The notes under the pieces are model-generated. The model did not search any database, was not told the DNA's origin, and saw only the letters and a program-made list of their open reading frames with translations. Made by a program: the position numbers and the translations under genes. A stretch of DNA of 28,386 bases from a virus. The stretch lies in IMG/VR virus record IMGVR_UViG_3300045125_000165. One strand, 5' to 3'. Shown here in pieces: positions 9,509 to 17,327 of the stretch; within the stretch, counting starts at the first letter, position 1, and every line of letters begins with the position of its first letter.

Positions 9509-10239
9509 TTAATCGTTATAGCTAACCACCGAAGACAATGGACGTGTGAGGGACACGCACATTTTAAGGCTTTCGTGAGGGATAACTGTCGCCGCCATCT
9601 CTATTCCCGTTACTGGGGAATTGTAGATATAGAACTGCTTTTCTAGTGTCGCGATCGCGGCAGCATGATGGAAAGCAGTTATCGCCTTTAGATCGTCGGG
9701 GATTTCTTGATCCGAGATCCTAAGCCCGATCATTTTGTTGACATCTTGAATAGGTCTAGCCCCTTTCCTTGGTCGATAATACCGATAGAACCCATCAAAG
9801 TCCATCACCCATACAGAAGCATCTAATGAATAAGCTACCTCCGTCGCAAATCGCAACTCCAAGGGGAGTTCGATATTGTTGGGGGGACATATATAGAAGA
9901 ATTGGTCTTAGGCATAGTGTGACCTCCTACTAATCCTAGATCTCTTAAAGCCTTCACTGGGAACCTAAAAGGTAACTTTGTTTTATCCGCAAAGTATATT
10001 GTTATCTCTTTGCAGTTAAATAGCTTGTCTGCGATCGACAACAAATGTCCATCTAGACCAAATAAAACCTGCGCTACTTCAGTTGTTTTGGCATGGATTT
10101 CTAGGCGAAACCCTTCAGCTTGATTACCATCTGCAATTCTGATCGCCACATTATCGATCAGGAAATCTCTATTGGTGAACCCTAGTAGCTCCAAGTATTT
10201 ACCAATAACCAAAGAGATAGGCGTAATTTGTTTTCCCAT
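9509..10239 (-). CDS. Protein with a C-terminal PAS-like domain (two ORFs, probably joined by one indel near 9862)
   Basis: VWVMDFDGFYRYY...MIGLRISD.IP...AAIAT.EKQFYIY...MAATVIP...VSLTRPL follows the PAS_4 pattern. There is an internal AGGAGGT ribosome-binding site before the ATG at 9915. Confidence 0.5.
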
Positions 10240-10265
10240 TTTCTTGCTACCGCGACACAGGTAAT

Positions 10266-10704
10266 CTACTTTTTAGGTTTAATTTTGACTATTTCTTCCC
10301 CCGTATCCAAATCAATCCATCCATACAAAATATATAGGAGATCATTAGCCGTGAATGGCTTCTTGGTCTTGGGATTAATCAGATACTTGACGTTTGGTTG
10401 AGTCTCAAACAGGTTTTCGGCAAAGGCTGCGATCGCTGTAAGTGGCATCATCTCAACCTTGACATTCGACTTAGCCGCTTCAAGGTTATAAACCATGCGA
10501 GGAGTAAGCACCCCGTTAGGAAGCCCCGTAACTTCCTCTAAGTAATCAACAAATGCCTCTGCTGATGTCAACCCTATCCTCTCCCGTTCAGCCCTTTAAG
10601 TGATGCCCCAAAGCCGTTCGATATTGATCGACTGGGCGGATCGGGATCAAAGAGGTTTCTTTTTCTTTAGCCCTAACTTTTACTTTCATAGAATAGTCAC
10701 TCAT
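10266..10704 (-). CDS. XRE/CI-like HTH repressor (5' part frameshifted, start approximate)
   Basis: Reconstructed ...ALGHHLK..RERIGLTSAEAFVDYLEEVTG...LTPRMVYNLEAAK (HTH-like). Divergent from the early operon. No S24 peptidase domain is visible. Confidence 0.55.
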
Positions 10705-10719
10705 TGATAATCTTTGCTT

Positions 10720-10940
10720 TCATTTTTCCCCCTTTTTAGTAATTGTCAAACCAATTACAGAAATTGGTAATTTTTATGGTACACTAACTTTAGGGTTAAT
10801 TAAGGGTTAAAAATGAGCCAAAAAATATTTCTATCCCTAAAGCGCTGTCAACACTGATTGATAAGGCTGTTAAGGATTTTGGCTTTCAAACTAATGCTGA
10901 ATTAGTCCGCTATGCAGTCCGCAAGTATTTAGAGGAAAAG
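10720..10940. promoter_or_regulatory. Divergent immunity control region
   Basis: AT-rich intergenic region between divergent operons. Inverted repeat ACCAATT-acaga-AATTGGT (10750-10768), extended -10-like TGGTACACT, direct repeat AGGGTTAA twice. Confidence 0.5.
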
Positions 10941-10941
10941 T

Positions 10942-11808
10942 ATGGCGAACAAACAGATATCTAGCGCGATCGCTACAACATCTATTAAAGAGAAAACACT
11001 CCCTCCTATCCTTCGTTGGGCTGGCGGGAAGCGCAAACACAAATGGTTGTTTGAGGCTATTAAGCAAGTATTCAATCCGAATAAACATAGGTTGATTGAG
11101 CCATTTGCAGGTGGTTTGGCGATCGCGTTGGGAATAGAGCCGAAATGGGCTTTATTGAATGATGCGAATCCGTTTTTAATCTCTTTATATAGGCGGATTA
11201 AAAATGGGTTTGAGATCGATCCAAACCTCAAAAACTATACATCCAAAGAAAGTTATTACAGGTTGCGCGATCGCTTCAATACCTTACTGTCAATGCCGTA
11301 CCAAGAAGTACAGACAGAAATAACAGAGCTTTTCTACTACCTCAATCGCACTGGTTATAACGGGCTTTGTCGATTCAATCAAAGTGGAGGTTATAACACC
11401 CCTTATGGCAAACTCCCAAAGCCAAAACTAGATCACGATTTTGAAGCTTATCGCGATCGCTTCCAAGACTGGGTGTTTACCAGTATGGACTTTGCGGATA
11501 TCCAAGTATTTCCTCATGACATCGTAGTTGCAGATCCTCCCTACGATGTTGCCGAAGGAAAAGATAAGCACAATTATGTCGCTGGTGGGTTTGATTGGGC
11601 GGATCAGGTGCGTCTCGCTGATTGGCTTGAGTCTGCCAATGTACCTGTATTTGCTTGTAATCTTGCGACCGATCGCATCATCAATCTCTACACAGAGAAG
11701 GGTTTCGATATTCAATATGTCAACGCTCCAAGGGCGATCGCTTGTAATGGCGATCGGGCTAAGGTGCGCGAGATTTTAGCTACTAAGAATTTGGGAGTCG
11801 CACCATGA
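10942..11808 (+). CDS. dam: DNA adenine methyltransferase, D12 class (Dam-like)
   Basis: PPILRWAGGK, IEPFAGG, LNDAN, YYLNRTGYNGLCRFN and DPPY motifs. Confidence 0.93.
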   Translation: MANKQISSAIATTSIKEKTLPPILRWAGGKRKHKWLFEAIKQVFNPNKHRLIEPFAGGLAIALGIEPKWALLNDANPFLISLYRRIKNGFEIDPNLKNYTSKESYYRLRDRFNTLLSMPYQEVQTEITELFYYLNRTGYNGLCRFNQSGGYNTPYGKLPKPKLDHDFEAYRDRFQDWVFTSMDFADIQVFPHDIVVADPPYDVAEGKDKHNYVAGGFDWADQVRLADWLESANVPVFACNLATDRIINLYTEKGFDIQYVNAPRAIACNGDRAKVREILATKNLGVAP

Positions 11809-11860
11809 GTTTACGCTATGAAATGGGAAGTTGAGAAGCCAGTTTTGAAAGACAAAAGCA

Positions 11861-12579
11861 ATGCTCAAAATCATTGAACTATTCGCAGGAATACGCGCCT
11901 TTTCTCTCGCTTCTGAGTGGATAGGTGGTTTTGAGACGGTTGAAGCAGTAGAAATCAATTCTTACTGCAACGAGAAAATGCTTAAACGTTATCCCAATGT
12001 GCCTATCCATGAAGACATTAGAACGTATCACCCCGCAATACCAGCAGATGTCATTGTTGGGGAAGCCCATGTCAAGGTAACAGCCAAGCAGGAAAAGGTG
12101 AAGGCTCAAAAGACTCACGCTCAGGACTTATCACTGAGTTCTTTCGAGTTATTCAAGAATCTATGCCTAGATTTGTCATTTGGGAAAATGTCTACGGCGC
12201 GATCGCTAGTGGACAGCTTAGAGAAACCCTCACCGAACTCGATAGACTTGGCTATGGATTCGATGCTGAAATCATATCAGCAGAGGAGGTTGGAGCGCCC
12301 CACGAAAGAAAAAGGATCTTTGTGGTTGCCTACTCCAACAGCATTATCAAAGCCGCCAGAGGCAAAGTACTCGAAAGCTGGACAGACCAAATTAGATCTC
12401 AAATTGCGATCGCTCGGACTTTTGGATGCTGGGAAAGTTCGCAGTTGCCAGACAACGGCGTGGATCATGGGGTTCTCAATCGATTGGCTGGGCTGAGTGC
12501 TTATGGTAATGCGATCGTCCCTCAAGTGGCGATCGCGCCTTTGTTGAGAGTCAAATATTTAGCGGAGCTAGCAGGATGA
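11861..12579 (+). CDS. dcm: C5 cytosine methyltransferase (alpha chain), one indel in the G-run near 12060
   Basis: Motif I ELFAGI. After the shift: GSPCQGNS (motif IV), WENV (VI), HERKRIFVVAY (VIII), AYGNAIVPQVA (X). Confidence 0.88.
12188..12496 (+). CDS. Nested out-of-frame beta subunit of the C5 MTase (carries motif IX)
   Basis: The alternative frame reads ...LERPTKEKGSLWLPTPTA...TAWIMGFSIDW, a motif-IX-like WxMGFPxxW segment missing from the alpha frame. This matches the M.EcoHK31I-type arrangement. Start inferred. Confidence 0.65.
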   Translation: MSTARSLVDSLEKPSPNSIDLAMDSMLKSYQQRRLERPTKEKGSLWLPTPTALSKPPEAKYSKAGQTKLDLKLRSLGLLDAGKVRSCQTTAWIMGFSIDWLG

Positions 12580-13199
12580 ATGACTTACCGATTGAAAAGC
12601 AATTTACCCACATGATGTTTTGCGCTCAAATCGCCAATATAGACTTAGACAGCGCAAAACAACTACTCACCGAGCTTCATATGCTCTACCTAGGGCAGCA
12701 AGCGGTCATGGTCAAGATCGCAAAGCAAGAATTTCTAGGATTCAATACAACTACTGAGGGAGCGAAACTGAAGATGTTTGAACTCAGTCGCGATTATAAA
12801 AGGGCTTTTGAGCTAATCAAGAAAGGCGATCGCCTAATGTTTGAGCTTAGTCGAGATTACGATAAAGCGTGGCAATTGATGCAACAAGGCGATCGCTTAG
12901 CTTGTTGGGTTGACTACGATTCGTGTAGAGATATTGCTACTGCACGAATCATTTGCGGCGCTCTAGATATAGGTGCTAGAGGCATGGGTTATATCTATCT
13001 ATTTGAAGATCAAATTCAAACTAGCAATATGTTTGTTAGTCAGTGTAATCGCCTAAATATTGAGTTTTATCTACCACTGCCTGACGACACGATTGCAATT
13101 AGTCGAGAAAAGTTTGAAGCGATCGCAACTAAAGTAATTCAAGAAAAAGTTGGCAACCCTTTGGACAAATTGATTGAAACTGTGGAGGCGATCGCATGA
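12576..13199 (+). CDS. nblA: NblA-like phycobilisome degradation adaptor (about aa 1-55) fused in frame to a phage hypothetical domain
   Basis: LPIEKQFTHMMFCAQIANIDLDSAKQLLTELHMLYLGQQAVMVKIAKQEF matches the NblA pattern LSLEQQF..F..QV..M..EQA...L..L. The downstream domain begins with a duplicated MFELSRDY. Confidence 0.75.
   Translation: MNDLPIEKQFTHMMFCAQIANIDLDSAKQLLTELHMLYLGQQAVMVKIAKQEFLGFNTTTEGAKLKMFELSRDYKRAFELIKKGDRLMFELSRDYDKAWQLMQQGDRLACWVDYDSCRDIATARIICGALDIGARGMGYIYLFEDQIQTSNMFVSQCNRLNIEFYLPLPDDTIAISREKFEAIATKVIQEKVGNPLDKLIETVEAIA
12774..12899 (+). repeat. Diverged 63-bp tandem duplication, each unit ending at a HIP1 site
   Basis: MFELSRDYKRAFELIKKGDRL / MFELSRDYDKAWQLMQQGDRL; units at 12774-12836 and 12837-12899. 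Confidence 0.9.
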
Positions 13200-13402
13200 T
13201 TAAACTTGCCATCAAATCACACCGCGATCGCCTTGGACTAACCCAAAAAGAACTAGCGAATCTGCTAGGCGTGACGGAGAATACTGTCGCTAATTGGGAG
13301 AATGGGCGATCGGGTTTTGAACAATTTGCAAGAGTAGTTTTGCTCTGCAATACCTTAAATTGTGAAGCTAAAGACTTGATTGAGGAGGCGATCGCGTCAT
13401 GA
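13196..13402 (+). CDS. XRE family HTH regulator (Cro-like)
   Basis: RDRLGLTQKELANLLGVTENTVANWENGRS. Confidence 0.9.
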   Translation: MIKLAIKSHRDRLGLTQKELANLLGVTENTVANWENGRSGFEQFARVVLLCNTLNCEAKDLIEEAIAS

Positions 13403-13729
13403 GTGATTTTTCGATCGACTTGAAAATCTTTCTAAAGAAGAACGAGATCAGGTTCTTAGTGGTTTGCTATTAGCTCAATCGCTAATCAGATTCATTGAGC
13501 AAGACGGATTCAGTATCCCCATGAAATTGCAGCAGAGATCGCTTTATTTGATCGCGCTGAAAACGACACATTTGCTAAGGCATTATTTGATCTTGTTTTC
13601 AGGGGTTTTCCAATCTGTGCAAATAACGGAGATAGCGCCCCTTGGCATTGGATCTCTAGTCAAGAAAAAACAGTGGTCAAGTCTTTGTTCTGTTGGCTAG
13701 TCCGTAGAGCAGAAGGAGCGATCGCATGA
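13399..13729 (+). CDS. Hypothetical protein (frameshifted)
   Basis: Starts at an ATGA overlap at 13399. The reconstructed frame ends ...WLVRRAEGAIA* overlapping the ATG at 13726. Confidence 0.5.
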
Positions 13730-13968
13730 AAGACCAAACAGCACTGGAACGGGTAGCGTATTGGATTCGATGGTACAGAAAAAGCAATGGTATGACTCAA
13801 GCTGAACTCGCTAAAAAGATTTACAGCGCAAGAATCACCGTGACATCGTGGGAAAAAGGGCATCGCTCAATATCTATCGATACTTTAGAAGCAATATCTA
13901 AAGTGTTTAACGTTCGGATTACAGCATTTTTCAAGAAAATACCAAGCGAACAAATATGGAAGCATTAA
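13726..13968 (+). CDS. XRE family HTH regulator
   Basis: YRKSNGMTQAELAKKI...TVTSWEKGHRSISIDTLEAISKVFNV. Confidence 0.9.
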   Translation: MKDQTALERVAYWIRWYRKSNGMTQAELAKKIYSARITVTSWEKGHRSISIDTLEAISKVFNVRITAFFKKIPSEQIWKH

Positions 13969-14165
13969 CCAAAATTAAAAACAGGCAACTCGCGATCGCC
14001 GATGAAATGTTGCATGACAGCCGCAATCCAGCACTTGACGCAAAAGCCTTAAATGCAAGGCTAGTCTACTATCGCCGTCAAATTCTTTCTACTACTTCTG
14101 AGTTAGGAGTGGCGATCGCTGCTCTCGATACCGATATAACTTTACCAATGGAGATACTAGGTTGA
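13956..14165 (+). CDS. Hypothetical protein
   Basis: Coupled ORF within the operon. Confidence 0.55.
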   Translation: MEALTKIKNRQLAIADEMLHDSRNPALDAKALNARLVYYRRQILSTTSELGVAIAALDTDITLPMEILG

Positions 14166-14791
14166 TTAATCTCAAGATCTCTCCGTCATCTCTAACCTTT
14201 CTGTTAGATGAATGCCCTCGATGTTGGTACATGGCAGTAAATGGGATCTATAAACGACCATATACACCATTCCCTAGCATGTTTAATAAAATGGATAAGC
14301 TAATGCGTGGTGCTTACCAAGGTCAATCTAGCCTTGATATTACTGGAAAAGAAGGTGTATTTGACACCAAAGAATATAAGCTTGTTTCTCGACAAATCCC
14401 TATTTCCGACAATCACACCATTCAATTTTCTGGCAAGACTGATTGCTTGATTAAATTTGACGATGGCACTATCGGAATCATGGATTTTAAGACTAGCGAT
14501 GTTAAAGAAGATACAGCTAAGTTTTATGCACCTCAGCTGTATGCCTATCGAGAGTGCATGGATGCTGAGGTGTCAAAAATGGGGTTACTTTGCGCTAGTC
14601 CTGTCAAAGCAGTGCTAGATGGCGGGATCTCAATGCGATTCTCTGAAACATGGGTTGAAATCCCCATAAGCGAAGACTACTGGCAAGGCTTCACTGACAA
14701 ACTAGCTACACTTTTGCTTACTCCCTTCGAGTGGGTACAAGGTAATCCAAAATGTCCACACTGCGAATACCAAAGGAATAAGAACTCTTGA
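14162..14791 (+). CDS. PD-(D/E)XK exonuclease (RecB/Cas4-like, four Cys)
   Basis: ISPSSL...CPRC, SGKTD, IMDFKTS, QLYAY and a C-terminal CPHC. Confidence 0.85.
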   Translation: MINLKISPSSLTFLLDECPRCWYMAVNGIYKRPYTPFPSMFNKMDKLMRGAYQGQSSLDITGKEGVFDTKEYKLVSRQIPISDNHTIQFSGKTDCLIKFDDGTIGIMDFKTSDVKEDTAKFYAPQLYAYRECMDAEVSKMGLLCASPVKAVLDGGISMRFSETWVEIPISEDYWQGFTDKLATLLLTPFEWVQGNPKCPHCEYQRNKNS

Positions 14792-15198
14792 ACTCAATCG
14801 TTTTATATGCCACAGCCACGACCGATCCCGAATTGCGTCACACACCTGACACTCAAAACAGGATCGCGTCATTCCTAATCCAATTTCCTGCGCCCAAACA
14901 GGAAGATCCACCACTAAGGCTCAAAGTTACGGCTTGGAATAACCTCGCAGACAAGGCGATGTTGGAAATCGCTAGAGATTCTCAAGTAATCATCGAGGGG
15001 CGATTACGAATCGATAATGTTGATCGCGGTACGCACAAAGAAAAGCGCACTGAATTAGTTGCCGAAAAGATTCACGCGATCGCCGCCACCACACCTCAAC
15101 CAGTACCAACCAACTACGCTCAGTCTGTTCCCGTAGCCCCGATCGCTCCACAAGTAATTCAACAACAAACAGAAGATTATGATGATATCCCATACTAA
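14788..15198 (+). CDS. ssb: Single-stranded DNA-binding protein (divergent cyanobacterial type)
   Basis: PELRHT...KVTAWNNLA...VIIEGRLRI OB fold, Pro/Gln linker, acidic tail DYDDIPY. Confidence 0.85.
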   Translation: MNSIVLYATATTDPELRHTPDTQNRIASFLIQFPAPKQEDPPLRLKVTAWNNLADKAMLEIARDSQVIIEGRLRIDNVDRGTHKEKRTELVAEKIHAIAATTPQPVPTNYAQSVPVAPIAPQVIQQQTEDYDDIPY

Positions 15199-15221
15199 AA
15201 CCCCGATTAGTTATTTCTGCT

Positions 15222-15731
15222 TTGGGTTATGTCATTATTCCTGAATGGCATTACGAAGATTTGGTTTCCGAGAATCAGATTAAGAGCGATCGCATTCAAC
15301 AATTAGAATCAGATGTCAAGGACAAGGCTAATCGACTGGCAGAGATTAAAAGTAATAGCGATCGGCAAAAGGCAATAATCCAACAATTACAAGAGCTAAC
15401 CGATAAATTAGATTTAAACAATCGCTTCCTTAACGAAAGGCTGGAAGAGATCAATGCTCAAAACGCTCAACTTAACGCTAATTTGCTTGAAGCCCAAAGA
15501 GAACTTGACGCAATCAAGGAAGCTTACACCAAAACTCTGGCTGCCAATGCTGAGCTTGATTTGAAACTAGGTGACGCGATCGCCAGCATCTCAAAGTCCG
15601 AACAGCAATACAACGAACTGACGGTACAAATCAGCTTGGAGCGTACTGCCAACAAAATCGCTATTGAAAACCATCGGCGTGATGTATTGATAACTCTAGA
15701 CAATTTGGAAATTAGTCAAAAAGCCAGTTAG
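15222..15731 (+). CDS. Coiled-coil hypothetical protein
   Basis: Heptad-rich, E/Q/L/N-rich sequence; start uncertain. Confidence 0.65.
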   Translation: MGYVIIPEWHYEDLVSENQIKSDRIQQLESDVKDKANRLAEIKSNSDRQKAIIQQLQELTDKLDLNNRFLNERLEEINAQNAQLNANLLEAQRELDAIKEAYTKTLAANAELDLKLGDAIASISKSEQQYNELTVQISLERTANKIAIENHRRDVLITLDNLEISQKAS

Positions 15732-16000
15732 CGATCGCGGATTCTCTTTCCTCAGTCCAAGAGTGTTGCCTGCGATACCAAGCAAACAACTCTTGGCTAC
15801 CTTTATCGCGATTGCAGGGAGGCAAGCAGGAAGTAGATTGCTACTCACTGTTTCGCCTCCCTTTGCCTTTGGCTTTGCGTGATCCAAAGACTGAGCTAGC
15901 CCCCCGCAGTACACAATTCGTGATTAAAAGCTTCATAGATACTTGCCCTAAAACTGCGAATAATTTCTTTCTTTCGCGCAAATTCAAGATCATGAAGCAT
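15712..16000 (-). CDS. HNH endonuclease (frameshifted)
   Basis: AAGGAG ribosome-binding site, then MLHDLEFARKK..SFRASIYEAFNH. Shifted frames give YCG..AQSLDHAKPKAKGGETVSSNLLPAC..NRDKGSQELFAWYRRQ. Confidence 0.75.
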
Positions 16001-16087
16001 TAAGGCGGATCTCCTTAAGTTTTAACTAATCTAGCAAAAATTAGCTCCCAAAAGCTTAAAATTAATTATGGTTTTCGGTAATTGGTA

Positions 16088-16243
16088 ATGCAAATTCAAC
16101 AAAACGAAGAGCCTGAGTTTGTCGTAGTGCCATTTAAGGCGCAAGTTGCTATGTCCACATTTTTGTATGCAAAATACCAAGAAAATGTGACAAAGCGACT
16201 CGACAAATACCCTGACCTTTCCCCAGTGGCTTCAAACTATTGA
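16088..16243 (+). CDS. Small hypothetical protein
   Basis: MQIQQNEEPEFVVVPFK...; stop overlaps the next start. Confidence 0.45.
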   Translation: MQIQQNEEPEFVVVPFKAQVAMSTFLYAKYQENVTKRLDKYPDLSPVASNY

Positions 16244-16446
16244 GCGATCGCTCCCACCAATTAGAAGACTATTCCGAGTTAGAGGATGAGGTCACGGTGC
16301 AAGACTTCTACTTCGCTACTATCGATTGGCATTTCTTCCGATGGCAGATTGGCGCAGCTTCAGTCATTGGCAACGAATACACCACTTTTGAGATCTCTCT
16401 AGTATTTTTCACACTTATTTGGTTAACAGAAAATCATGGCAATTGA
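16240..16446 (+). CDS. Small hypothetical protein
   Basis: ORF track; coupled to its neighbours. Confidence 0.5.
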   Translation: MSDRSHQLEDYSELEDEVTVQDFYFATIDWHFFRWQIGAASVIGNEYTTFEISLVFFTLIWLTENHGN

Positions 16447-16595
16447 ACAGACAAATGTGGTAGAACCTCGCGAAACTAAAGTTCTGGAAAGTGATTTAGT
16501 GCGATCGGCTTACAAGTTATTAGCGATGGGTTACGATCCAAATTCATCGGTTTTCAGGTCAATGTACGGGCAGTTGAATCTGCGAGTTAGATAAC

Positions 16596-16626
16596 AAAAA
16601 AGCTTCTCAGATTGAGAAGCTTTTTT
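16596..16626. terminator. Bidirectional rho-independent terminator between convergent operons
   Basis: AAAAAA-GCTTCTCA-gat-TGAGAAGC-TTTTTT. Confidence 0.85.
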
Positions 16627-16698
16627 GTGGTTAATATTTTGGGATTTTTGAGCTATAAACTTGTTTGGCGATCGCTGGTTAACGACAAAATTAATTGA

Positions 16699-17085
16699 TT
16701 ATGCGATCGCCTCAACAGTATCAGCCAAAAACGAAATTGCCTTATCCATAGTTGCTTGCTCTGATGCCCTAACAAAAGATAGCTTTATTGCCGATGGGGA
16801 GCATGGGGCGATCGTGAGTTGGATCTTTTTTGAGTGACACAAAAGCATTAACAGGGTTAGAGAACTACCAGAAAAGCCAGTCCTCAAATTGCATGGATAG
16901 TTTAAATCAATGCGATCGCCTCCTTTCCATCCCTTGTTAGAAACAACATTTTCCCAATGGTATAAACCCACCTCAACCTGTCCCATAATATCAGCGATAT
17001 CTTTTGCTAGCTCCGATAACTGAAAAGGATTTTTTCTGTAATTAATTTGATTCTGAAGCCATTCGGCTCCTGCATATTTAGTCAT
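16699..17085 (-). CDS. Hypothetical phage protein
   Basis: 128-aa ORF in the leftward operon; ends DTVEAIA*. Confidence 0.65.
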   Translation of the reverse strand: MTKYAGAEWLQNQINYRKNPFQLSELAKDIADIMGQVEVGLYHWENVVSNKGWKGGDRIDLNYPCNLRTGFSGSSLTLLMLLCHSKKIQLTIAPCSPSAIKLSFVRASEQATMDKAISFLADTVEAIA

Positions 17086-17303
17086 TGCGCGATCGCCTCC
17101 ACCTGTTCAGAAGTTGAATCAATTAATGCGGAAATCTCAAGCATTTTGGGATCAACAGGAAGGAGAGGATGCCCATCAGCACAATCGTTAGAGACTTCGG
17201 CAATAAGTTGCAACACAGCAGCAACGCCTATTTTAGCCATCATACAAAGTAGTTCTGATTTAAACCTATCTTTGTCTTTTTCTGATAAATATTTAATATC
17301 CAT
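17082..17303 (-). CDS. Hypothetical protein
   Basis: ATGA overlap with the next gene; ends EQVEAIAQ*. Confidence 0.6.
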   Translation of the reverse strand: MDIKYLSEKDKDRFKSELLCMMAKIGVAAVLQLIAEVSNDCADGHPLLPVDPKMLEISALIDSTSEQVEAIAQ

Positions 17304-17327
17304 AATCGCGATCGCCCTATCCTTTAA

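Noticed and set aside
12055-12065. Programmed frameshift in dcm (also considered for thyX and int)
   Set aside because: Similar indels occur throughout the window and no dedicated slippery site or stimulatory structure is evident; sequencing error is simpler.
10942-12579. Restriction-modification system
   Set aside because: No adjacent restriction endonuclease; orphan MTases are typical of phages.
14162-14791. Cas4 as part of a CRISPR system
   Set aside because: No other cas genes or array; the context next to SSB fits a phage recombination exonuclease.
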